Shown here in pieces: positions 26,301-37,000 of a DNA stretch of 64,000 bases (position 1 is the stretch's first letter; every line of letters begins with the position of its first letter). Under the pieces are notes generated by a model that saw nothing but the letters and a program-made list of their open reading frames with translations, had not been told where the DNA came from and made no database searches. The position numbers and the translations under genes are program-made. Origin of the DNA: Ophelia neglecta (Eukaryota); NCBI GenBank assembly GCA_965285935.1, contig OZ260662.1:75020001-75084000 (forward strand), in the 5' to 3' direction.

Positions 26301-27037
26301 TACGAGGGTCCGCGTGAACTAGTTTCAATGCCAATTTCAATAACAACCCCCCTATGATCTGTCATTGGTACGTCAATTATTTCACAACTATCTATTTTCA
26401 TTAATAAACTGTCATCAGTAAATATATAGTCTAAACGCCTAGCTATATTCTGTGATTTGTGCCTCCATGTGTAATCTTTCTTATGAACATGGAATTTACG
26501 CCAAACATCATTTAATAGATCAGTAGCATTATTGAAATGTAAAATTTCCCTCTTTGGGTGCATTAACCCAGATACAGTATCCAAGTTAGACCTCGTACAA
26601 TTAAAATCTCCAGTCATAATTAAATAGTATTCTGAATAGTTTTTCATGAGATCTTGTATCACTGTATCTAGCGAAATAAAAAACTGTATTTTTTCTGCTG
26701 ATCTTGTTGGTGCATATATATCAATAAAAATGTAATTTTGGTTATTGTGTGTAAGTGTAACTGTTATCATTCTTGGATTATTAACAACTATTTTGAGATG
26801 ATCATAATCAAAATTTTTTCTTATTAAAATAGCTTCCCCGCAGCTATGTTCTGATCCTGGTGCATATATTATTTCCCCTCCCCATTCGAACTTCCATTGA
26901 CTAAATATTTCTTCGGTAATAAAAGTTTCTTGCATGAGAATAACATCAAAATTGTTTCTCTTCAGAAAGTTAAACACCGTTTTCCTTTTTAGCCTTCTTC
27001 TCAATCCTCTACAATTAATAGTTAGAGCTTTTATCAT
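23342..27037 (-). CDS. LINE ORF2p: APE-like endonuclease + reverse transcriptase + C-terminal CCHC zinc knuckle (1231 aa)
   Basis: EN motifs TINCRGL, LMQET, GDFN, RLDYIF, TDH. L1/Tx1-type WKFNN and EGEK..HFLGLE. RT motifs SPGIDGL, WRPISL, LDYKKAFD, GIRQGCPLSP, QFADD. Zinc knuckle CSEC..ESLDHMLYYC. Confidence 0.98.
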   Translation of the reverse strand: MIKALTINCRGLRRRLKRKTVFNFLKRNNFDVILMQETFITEEIFSQWKFEWGGEIIYAPGSEHSCGEAILIRKNFDYDHLKIVVNNPRMITVTLTHNNQNYIFIDIYAPTRSAEKIQFFISLDTVIQDLMKNYSEYYLIMTGDFNCTRSNLDTVSGLMHPKREILHFNNATDLLNDVWRKFHVHKKDYTWRHKSQNIARRLDYIFTDDSLLMKIDSCEIIDVPMTDHRGVVIEIGIETSSRGPSYWKFNNMLLKEADYLKEINEVIKSVNSDYETVSPDYKFEILKNKVRQVTLRYSKKRASEKRQKYSGLQNKLEKANKQFLKSPTNEYIKTQINKYNKEIGIYEMELAKGAQLRSKYRWICEGEKNNKHFLGLERSSGIRKTINSLQKDDRSRTEGKDEILNELHLFYTKLYDKNIAFSDERLDRFIENINVPRLTDEERESCEGEITREECSRALKSMKNDSSPGIDGLTAGWYKVFWADIGEMVTQSINYAYNTGHMSLNQRTSIISLQHKGKGLSKELLGNWRPISLSPIDYKIAAKVIANRLKKIISKIISNDQAGFMKGRSAAEVIRAVEDVMEYTRIKNIPGILVALDYKKAFDSISKEYMFKCLKIFNFGPSVIRWIKTLNVKTQAIVNHSGWFTRPIELRRGIRQGCPLSPLIFILGLEVLSCKIRQTQEIKGIPIKVKGNQNAIASKLLQFADDCTGLVSDEESLINFIRVVESFFFISGLELNRSKSEAIWLGCWKFRRKTTLGLKWKIFPENQLKVLGIYLSNTKNSYECDENFDYRIKKCENITRQWIQRNLTIIGKIQIVKTFLASQFNYVMQSIFIPENVLVRINRICYKFLWANQRQQLTTATERVSRSILIRNYDEGGLGMIDMHIMFKQMIFKWVSKLLDNENRSWKIIPQSFYDRLGKNLSVFNSYVSFGKFRGLTKDEPSYWLHLLQLWVTENQVTENYISTVLFNNRYIQYRGSVLFIKRWIDHEIVYLSDILSNGNLCEEMVLEKLPPHTLNSWELNAVRNALNRPALDRLFENKCNRNILFKQLKYTQNTDSKLIRNEILSNMPDFKTHITKYWVEKYGDKAVDSHTFLLARHVCSETRIISLQWKILHNIFPNNKYLFKIGKSVSPMCSECNVVESLDHMLYYCNRVRKLWNSIEQEISVLLNKRVLLTEENVILGFVPYSILNRIPNYLILIGKLSIVKFRFGTRDMYPNLTILFDREKILRLK

Positions 27038-27222
27038 AATATATCTTTTTGAATAATAGAAGTTAACATACCTGGCACAGAGTCACAAGTGATATATCCA
27101 TAAACCCTAGTTTTGATTTGATAATTATGAGCAAATAGTTTAGAGCAACTCATTTTGTCCAAGTACCATATCCATATATCGTCACCATAAAAATTCAGAG
27201 GGCACATTTTATGATTAGCCAT
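27034..27222 (-). CDS. Putative 62-aa inter-ORF (bridging) peptide of the LINE
   Basis: Its ATG lies just before the ORF1 stop (ATG-GC-TAA) and its TGA overlaps the ORF2 ATG (ATGA). No homology recognised. Confidence 0.35.
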   Translation of the reverse strand: MANHKMCPLNFYGDDIWIWYLDKMSCSKLFAHNYQIKTRVYGYITCDSVPGMLTSIIQKDIL

Positions 27223-27445
27223 CGCCCTTATGCAGTTTAGATTGTTTTTCTATAGGAGTAATTTCTTTTCTCTTTGGTGGCGCCTTTGGAGTCATATAAT
27301 CTCTAATTGCCGTTTGGGCCGAATCCACCTTGGTCTTGTCTTTTTTTTTACTTTTTTTCCTTGTTGCCTTTGTATTTGCCTCTACCTTGGTCCCTGTTAA
27401 GGGCTCGGAGGAATATCCAGGCCCCACATCTGATTGGTCAATAGT
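27215..27445 (-). CDS. C-terminal remnant of LINE ORF1 (cut by the 5' truncation)
   Basis: The frame is open from the element's 5' junction to TAA at 27217-27215. It is Lys-rich and low-complexity (TIDQSDVGPGYSSEPL...RKKSKKKDK...KGDG*) and ends 177 nt upstream of ORF2. Confidence 0.75.
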   Translation of the reverse strand, partial: TIDQSDVGPGYSSEPLTGTKVEANTKATRKKSKKKDKTKVDSAQTAIRDYMTPKAPPKRKEITPIEKQSKLHKGDG

Positions 27446-30400
27446 AGAATTGAACCATCATATCAGTACAAGTGGTATAGTTCTGTGGGCAGGTCCAGAG
27501 CCCGTAAGGCTGTTTTCAATCTGTATAAGTATCTGCATGAATTTGATTTGTATTCGTAAGTCATCAGTTGTTTATTTGAGTCCTAGGTAAGGCGGACAAG
27601 CAATGAAAAAGAACATTCAGAAATATTTATTTCAAATGGAAATAGCATATATCTTCTTTGCTTCAATAGTAGCAACCAGGATAGTTCTCAGTTATTTAAA
27701 TCAAATTTCCTCTTATCATTCTTGTAAAATTTAGCCTAAATGGCCCAAAGAGGATCATGAACATCGTCCTATATAGGTAGAGGCAAACTCGCCTTTTTCT
27801 CAAGTCAAGTACTAACATCCATATCATTTATAATTATGCAAAGCATTATAAAATAACAGGTAATTTCAACCCGTCAGTTCCGATTAAGAACTCTGTCTAC
27901 CATACTTATAAAATGATTCAGTAAAAATGACATTATGGCTATAAATTTATAAATAAACAAGACAAAACTATTATATTACACATGTGCGATACTTCTCATA
28001 TAAAGATAACATTTCTCCAACGCAACAAAAAATTGAACGGATACCCGGCAGACGACACAGAATCATCTAGGGTCAGATCATTGACTTTGTAATGACTCAT
28101 CAAGAAGCGTAAGCTGCTGGCTCACAAACGGAATCCACTATTCATTATGCTCCAACGATTTTGTGACGATAACTAGTGAATAATTGAAATACGAAATCCC
28201 CGGCAATGAACATTATTCAACATTTGGGTCAGTTTAGAAATAGGTTTGATATATCTTGGGCCATTTCTGCCATATACAAGCGCCAGGTTATGACTTACAT
28301 TGCTGATTAAGTGTTTCCCATAGCACTACTTAGTATTCGGATAGCCCCCATTTATCAACGCAATCTGTCAGATAGGGGTCGCCTTATTGATGATATTGCA
28401 TTTGAATGAGGACCTTTTTCATTCGATATGGAATCATCTAATAGCTTAACTATGAGTACCACTGCAACCACAAAGGGAAGAGTAAGGGATATCGCTACCC
28501 ACGAACTTTGTAAAGACAACGTTGCATGAATTTAATCATGCTCCAAACAAACTTTTCTTATCCCTGTCCAACACTCAAGCAATTGAAGCAGTAGGCCCAC
28601 CATCACCTGTGCATGCCTCTTTGGCATAAAAAGAGCGCAGCAGTAGTGATTTAAGAATCAGTCAGGATTGACGGCTGTTAAACGCCTGTTGAGTTGGTTG
28701 GCATGTAGAGGCTAAGATTGCGATTCATGAAATCAAATCTTGAGCGAGCAAATTAATCGCCTAAACCTTATGAAACCCGACTTGAAACGGGCCTCGAACA
28801 TGCCTAGATCTAATGATGAGATAGGTGCAATATCTTACAGCATCGTCTCATACTAGTGCTGTTTCTTCCTAACCAATCAGTGTTTTACCCTACTGTATTT
28901 GATAGAAAATAGAGTGGTAAATGCACTTATGAATAAATACTCTGGGGAGTCAGAGTGGCCAATGTCAGAACATTTGGTTATCCATTGGTTAATATTTATG
29001 AGTGTATAATATTACGCATCACTGCCTAATTGATGGTTATGTAATGTTCCACGAATGATTTAGAACTCCAGAATAACATAACAGCTTTGTGTAGTGGCAT
29101 GACTGGATAGCTTCACACAGCTCGATTGAGCAAGATAGCTTCCAAAGCCTAAGGATGACTTATATTCCACGTAGCATCAGTTTTTCTCGCACTCACTCGA
29201 TATCAATTTCCTCATCGAAGTGTGCCTTAAGGCCAATTACCCAGCAAATTTTTATGGTGCTTTTTATCTTTTTGGACCTATCTTTGATTTATGGAAAAGG
29301 AGAATAAGACCATTAAGTAAAGAATAATTATGCATTTTTAGTTGCAACCACCAGTTACGTCGTGGGCGTGTAGATTAAAATTACAAACAGTGAATCCTTA
29401 TATAATACCTCATAAAAAACATAATTAATTTACATCAAAGCAAAGTGGATCTAAAATAATACTTGGAGTTTCCTATTTTATGTCATACTCATGTAATGCC
29501 GTGGCTAATTATTATCTGAAAATGTTCTGTTTCAGAGGGCGAAAGTTTGCTGAAGAAGGAATGATATATAGGCTATGTAGCACAACATGTACACACTCTC
29601 TTATAATTTTGCCAGCAATTTGTTCAGTTAAGACCTAATAGAAAGATGAATTAGCAGTTCTCGTCTGGGGTCAGTTCTTAGGTAAAACTCGTTTGGTTTG
29701 GGTATTATATGGCAGCCATCACTCCCTACCTCGGTGGTTCAATGTCAAATTGGGTTAGCTCTAAAAATCCAGAAGCCATCTAGAACAGCAAGCAAAATAT
29801 CATCCAATTATTGTAATATAAGAGATGGTATCTCAATACGTGTCTAATGCAACTTGCCGTTGACAACAAGGTTGTTTGGTTTTTACTGTCAGTTTATTCG
29901 ACTGAAGGAATCATCTAGTCGAGTTTGGAGTGTCGGTTACATTTTTGTTGTTTTTGTATTACGCTTTGATGTAATGTTATCAAAAGCATGCCAGGATGGC
30001 TATAAATGCAACTCATTGGAAGGTGGTCAAATGTACCCCAAGTATATGTCAGTGACCGCTTCACCTTATGTCCTGAAATAACTCAATCTTTAATTGTTAT
30101 TTTATTCTCGAAATAGTCATTGAGTTTTCAAGAAGTGCAAATGTTTGAGAACTAGTGGTCTCCCATGATAAATAGTTTTCAAGCCGTGGAAAACGGTTTA
30201 CTAACACTTACACACACAACAAATAATAAAATCATAATTTTGTGAATAAGGAATATTGTTACACATAGATAACGTTCTATAATGTGATTTTAAAGTAAAT
30301 TTCGCTTGAGCTGAACGTTGTCGTCTGCCGTGACAGTCTGCGACAAGCAGATAACATTTCTTCCTAGAACTCCGCGAGGAATAGTTGTATCCTCGACCTG

Positions 30401-33041
30401 CATGACTGGGTACTTCGGGATCCTAACAGTAAGCACACAATAAATTCATGGTTGTCTGAGAGCATCAGAAATAGTCTCAAATTATAGCTAAATCGATTAT
30501 ATAAAAAAGGGACCATGTTATTGCTTATGTAAATCTTACCACTCTCATCATTGCCAAACTAGGAATAGGCCTAGTGTTGTAATCTCGTTTTCGCTGCCAG
30601 CCGGGGATATTTTTTTATGTCTGCTCCTTATCTCTTTTTTTGCCAAGCCAATGACTTCCTGGAGATCTGTTTGAAGCAATATGTTTGTCTACTCATGTTG
30701 ATTTCACCACAGCCTGAATACGAATGATAATATCAGGTCACTACAGCTTGTTCAATTATTGAAATTGAGGTAAAGATTTGAGTAAAACAAGAGGCAAATA
30801 ATCACATTAAGCCAGCCTGCACACTCCAGTAGATGGTCCGTGTTTAAAGGGGGCACAGATCAGCTGTTCAGATGAATGGTACCATCACTCATCTTTATGC
30901 TTGTTTATAAATCAGCCCAGAGAACAAACCGATCAATATTTGCTCTAACTAATACAGTCTGGTTACCACATGACAGCTATACGACAGCCTCTCTCTCTCA
31001 AAGTGAGATCACGAGTTGTGTAGCAGATGGCGCTTTTCTTTCACTTCCAATCTACGAGTCACATTTTACGAAATAAACATGCATGGTGTCCCCGCTGAGC
31101 GACCCACTTTATATGTGAACTTCATATTTTTGTTTCAAACCCGTATATTTATAGGTACATATGTGGGTGTGTGTTTATGTGCGTGTCCGTGTAAAATGTC
31201 ACTAATAACATTTGTTATTAGCTATTTCTTTACTCCATGCATGGTCATGTAATTATCTTAAGTTATTTTGGGACGAATAAGCTTTTGGCTCCTAGTCCTT
31301 TTTTCATTTCAATGTTTGTTTGAGCAATACTATAATACTAACTTTATAATCTATTTTTAATTCATACCTTTGTTTTCTAACTGATTTTCACTTAAGTGAC
31401 GGGTAAATATTGAAATGTAACACTAATAAAACTAACTTGAAAATATTATTGAATGATAACATTGCTTTTTTTTACTGATAAAATGACAAAGTGGATCTTA
31501 TTCTGACATTATCTGTAGATAGCAATATTTTTCATTTCCAGTATATATTTGTCAGTAGGCTAAACCCATTTATTTGACTTTCCTTTACTTCTGGAGAGTG
31601 GGTAATTTAACAACGAGATACCTAGGATGGAGATATCGAGCATCCTTTCGAATCTGAAACATTAAACAATGATTAACAGTGTCCTTAAGATTAAAAAATC
31701 CCATTGATGAAGGCATAAATCTAAAAGGCCAAATATATTTATCCTAAATTATTTGGAATAACTGATAAACGCATTTTTGCTGTCAAAGTTGATATTACTG
31801 ATCAATTAGAGATGAGTCTGAAGGAGCCAGACAGATATTTATCTGCTGCTTTGTGTCTTCAGGGCCTGTAAAGTATCCAATGACTCATCAGCTGTTTGAG
31901 ATCCTCCCAGACACTAGTATCAGTGACACAGCAACTGATATATAATTACTGGCTCCACTATCAGCATCGCTCGTGACCTGGGGCTGATGATGCGTGGAGT
32001 ACTGAGTATTTTATCGTTTATGTGGAAAGGCATGCAACGACATCTGCTAAATGCGAAATAATTATAGACATTTATTTTGATTATTGTCGACTGGTGCGAA
32101 ATGGATTAATAGATTAGTCAGATTTCATCTATTTTACGACATCACAAATAATTTAAATTGGCCTAGTTAAAGATTTAGGATATACAATTAATTTTCACCG
32201 TGTGGAATTACTAATAATTAAAAAAGGATTGTTTGTATCATATAGTTATTGCAAATAAGTGGTATTGAGACTATAACATATGTATATATCTATTTCAGCA
32301 GTATTTTTAATCTTTCTGAAACGTAAGTGGCATGCTTGTATTGCCAAAAAATGGTATAAAGTCGTGATGCAGCACTTTCGCTGTTGAGATACGAGTACAA
32401 GTTACAAGGCTATTCGGAGTTTACACCCCTCCCCCTTCACCCTCACATCCTCTTGGCCCTCCTTATCTGCGCAAAAATCACGCCCTCCAAATGCGTATTT
32501 GCTATAAATTTTCTTTATATTACCACTGAGATTAATAATTCAACCTTCCTCATAAAAGCCTCTTTTTTCAAACAGTCTATACCAACCAAAATATTTAATG
32601 AAATGGTAAAACTCCCTCATAATGATTTCCGGCTAAGCATTCTTTACTAATGAAGTTAAGATTCAGTCAATCAGGATTGCCAGCTTGTCAGCAGGCATGC
32701 TGAAAATGTAGGCCCATGTAGCCGGAGGCACAATTAACCCTGGAAAGCAATTAATTTACATAGGTAAGATAATCGTGTGTGCATGCTTTAAACAGATAGG
32801 TTTGCTTGACAATATACTAAGTTCTCAATATAAAAAATACATCTCAGATAAGCTGATATAAAAACCACACTAAAAAGAATATCTCATAAACGGATTTTCA
32901 TTTTTTTAAATAAGTGATTGCCAACCAGCCTAATGGCTTGGGTTTTCATAAGCCAACCCTTGAATGAATTAAACATATCTACAGCCGTTGGCGAAAGGGC
33001 GATTGTTTATTAACATCATGGTATAGGCCTACATACAAATT

Positions 33042-33115
33042 AAATTTGTTTTCATAATATCAGAGTATTTGTCTGTTAAAATTTGTTTTCACAATATCAG
33101 AGTACATGCCTGCTA
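33042..33115 (+). repeat. Tandem duplication, 2 x 37 bp
   Basis: AAATTTGTTTTCA(T/C)AATATCAGAGTA..TG.CTG.TA occurs twice. Confidence 0.85.
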
Positions 33116-33770
33116 TACTCTAACATCGTAGCAGCTACCCAACTGCCGATTTCTCAGCAGTTTACATAGTAACGACGAGGTGGGGCCGCAGACAAGGTAA
33201 GAAGATTATGATGTTCTCCATAAAGCAAAGGCGTGTAGTTGGGCCGTAATGATTCTTAAGTCGTTCATTGCATTTACCCGCATCCCGTTTGTTTTACGTT
33301 CAATAGGGCATACCTCAACTAAGAACTCTTTCTTATTCCCTTAATCCTCCTTTTCTTTGCGGAATGGTTCGTAATATGACGTGGGTTGTGAGCTGCATGT
33401 AGATGCAGCTTAAACTGATATTATAAAACTAGGGCAAGCCCCGGTGTGGTTCTAAAAATGGTCTTAAACTTGTTTTTGAGATCAGCATGACGTGACTGGT
33501 TTAGGCAATTTGGTTTTCCTGGTTTGGTTTTGTCTGAAACATTCGTCTTTATGTGCAACTATGTTTAATAAAATAGATCTTATATCTGGGCATAACAACA
33601 CCCTCCATTCGTCTTTATTATGTCTCTGATATCTATTTCTTCATAATATTGTGTACGGCAACAGGGTGCATCAAAAGCAACAAGGCTCATGGATAAATTG
33701 AGAAATACCTAGCTAGAGGTAATACAATACAAATAATATAACACAGGATGAAGATAATCTATTAGCATAA

Positions 33771-34080
33771 GACCATATAAAATTAATGAACTGATTCTTG
33801 GACACTGCCCGCCCCCCTGAGAGGGCCCGAATCCCCTTTTATTTCCGCTTTGTGACCATCAAACCGCCGCTTCCTCCGTAAAACAAAAACTGTAAAAAGT
33901 GGTCCTAAAAAGCTTCCTCATGCGATTGTACCGAATTAAAACCCTGCCTCCCCATCCTACCTCATCGTAAAAAAAATTGTTTCATCCCCTAATTGCAAAA
34001 AAAAAATCAAAATAGAAAACCTGCCTCACCCTGTGAATCGGAAAATAACCTGCGAATCTTTTAATTAATTTTATGTGGCC
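33771..34080. mobile_element. PIF/Harbinger-like MITE, 310 bp
   Basis: TIRs GACCATATAAAATTAAT and ATTAATTTTATGTGGCC match at 15/17 positions, with TAA on both sides (33768-33770, 34081-34083). Confidence 0.75.
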
Positions 34081-37000
34081 TAACGAAAAGCTCTTTGTCT
34101 GGCACTACAAGTGCCCTGCGTCGGAAATGATTTACATCAATGTATTTCGTTCATTCCACTTTGTCTAATAAAATAGTGTTCTACATTATCATTATTAACA
34201 GGGCCAGGTATAATGAGGTATCATACCGTATGTCAATCATTTGGAATGAATCCTCAAGTTATGTTGTAATGAATTGGTGGCGTCCCTGCTAAATGATAAT
34301 GTTATTTATATCCATCGCTGAGGCCACTTGTGCGAGAAACTGCATTGAGCTGTGTGTTCGTGCGTAGGAGGCAAGCCGCATCCAGAGCTCAATCACACCA
34401 TTTGATAGATACTTGTACAAAACTAGGGAATGTGTAGAGAGTACAAATTGTGTGGTATCTCTCTTAAAATAAACGCCGGCTGGGTCATATTTTTCCTTCA
34501 CAAGTGGACACGCCTTTAGTTCCTGTAAATTACATAAATAAGTAAAAAGGACCTTTTGTGCGAAAGAAGTAAGCGGGTCGTCTCTGTTTTCAAAGCTCTG
34601 AAAGCACGCCTTCCGATAAGAGTTTTCAGAAAATAAATATCACCCAGCTTAAGGTGATGAACAAATAAACATTTATGTCGAGCGAACTAGAACAGAACAA
34701 ATGAGCAACCTGTACCCCGCAACGCCTGTATGCCTTTTATGTGAGGATTTCGATTCATTCTGCCTTTATCGGCAATGGAGCAGAGCTGAAGGCAATTTAT
34801 TGATGTGGCCCTAATGTTTGTCACTGTGTTTGTTTCGAACCACTACATATGCAATCGATAAACCATTGTCCATTTTCTTTAGTTTGATCACATCTTTTTC
34901 GTCTGTAAATATTTTACGAAACGTCGCGTACAAAGAAGAATTAACTTTTTCTCTCAATATTATTGTTGCGTAATGACTTGCTGGAATATTGATGGGAATG
35001 GAAATTCATGCAGTAATAGCGTTCGTTCAGAATTACACTTCGATGTATGAAACCTATGTTCAGTAGTAACTGGTGTATGTAGGACAATGTTCTGTACTGG
35101 CTGAGAAGCTGCAGCGGAGAACACACAGTATCGTTACAACCAGAATGCTGTCTCGTCTTCCAGGATAATTGTGGATGATGCTTAAGTAGTGAGGGCGGCG
35201 GCCATCGACCTGACGACTCTGAATGGTCAGCGCCATGTTTTGAGGTGCTGCCATCTGTTGAAAACATGACGACCGATAGGCTGAACTGTTTCAAAGTCAA
35301 ATGCATACTTATTCTGATGACTATAATTGTCACAGTTATTGTGATCGGGGGGGGGGGGGGGGGAGGGGGGGGGATAGGCGTATGGCTTTTTCTATATGAA
35401 AATACGAATTTGGTTCATCTCTATTAAATGCTGATGTAAATTAGCAAATGTTCCGGGTAGGCCGTTAGTATCTATTACGACTAGGTCTATACTTTTAACA
35501 TGCAACCATCTTATTATAAGTTTAAAATATCTACATTGTATAATTGTAAGTAGGACGAGTGGGGTATTGTAAGTATTATTTATGATTGATACCAATGACA
35601 TTGCTAATGGAGGCGACATGTTTTCTGGAGATTTAACGATAAATGAATTAACAAATGTTATTAAAATATGCTTATAAACTAAATGTTAACGAAAAAAATC
35701 ATAACACATGGATATGCTTTTGTGACCATGAATTGTACTAGTGATGAATGAGAAATTGTTAGTCTCAAATACATCATTTGAAGTATGTACCTGCAGGAAT
35801 GAAAAAAAGGTAAAACAATTAATTAAAACTTGTGTGTATGATACTAAATTGCCATGGCAACAACATCCAAATCCACAGGCCTCCACATATCTGAATTTAG
35901 GATACTTAAGGATGTCTATATACCCACCGAAAGGTCAACCTCGAACAAAGAACTAGAATTTTCTGAATGCAACCTAATGGACTGGTGGCTAGTTTAGTCC
36001 CAAATCTCTGATTGGCGCCATTGAGCAATCTGGTTTTCACACAGAACCGCTGACGCTAAAATATCACATTCCTTTTGATTTCTAATAAGATTGTGTACCG
36101 AAGAAATCACTACTATTCGTAGGTACAATGACATTTTCTGTTTCACAGGCATCTACGCTGCAAACTTGCTACTCTTTAATTGTTGTTTTCTGATTAGGTT
36201 ATACCAGGGCCTGTGTTCATAGACACTGACTAAATCATTCAAAACCCAGTTATTTCTGTTCATTAACAAATGAGACGACTTGTTTTTCTGAAGTTTCGCC
36301 TGACCGCATACTCATGTCACTAGCTATTATTTTATTTCCGGTTGCCACGGGCAAGAGCGGCCACCCACAGTGCTTTGCGCTGGGAAATTTCTTCACCTAA
36401 ATCAATATATCTTCATATTGATGGAGAAGCTACGTATATCATGGACGTTTCCTTGGTTTACGCATCCTTTGCCAACTCTTGTCATTGAATACCACGCATT
36501 TATTCATTCCGCAAGACAGCACGAATCTCGTTCAATATGTGGACTTAATCCCTCTATTATTTATAATACGTGGTCAAGAAAGACGTTGACCTTAATCCGA
36601 GAAACGAACGATGGTTTCATCTCCATTCGCCTTAGGTTAATAAAAAGGCTTATCTTGCTTCCAACTGGAGCTACAGGTTCAAAGTCAAAGAGATTGTAAA
36701 CTGTAGTAGGGTGTGTAGAGGGCACGATTCAATACCAACGAGGAGGTCTCTAATTATAGAGGGCAACGTAACATTACTCAGATATACTGATCTCAGACTC
36801 TGCTTAGGAATCATGTCAGGCGCATAATTTGGGACAAGCCTAAGATGTTTTGATCCATTAAGTTAGCGCTGATTTATGTCGACTATAGGAGGCTGGCCTC
36901 AGCAAACGCCTTGCAACTTTATCATTTGCCCCCGAATGCAATGTGAATAGACTGCTTCCTTCGAGGGTAATATGGCAAAATAATGAAGCCATTTTTTCCA

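Larger units (their letters stand above)
22947..27447 (-). mobile_element. L1-clade (Tx1-like) non-LTR retrotransposon, 5'-truncated, recent insertion
   Basis: T33 run at 22947-22979 (poly-A on minus) with AATAAA at 22990-22985. Perfect TSD AATTGAACCATCA at 22934-22946 and 27448-27460. Intact ORF2 and an ORF1 C-terminal stub. Confidence 0.97.
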
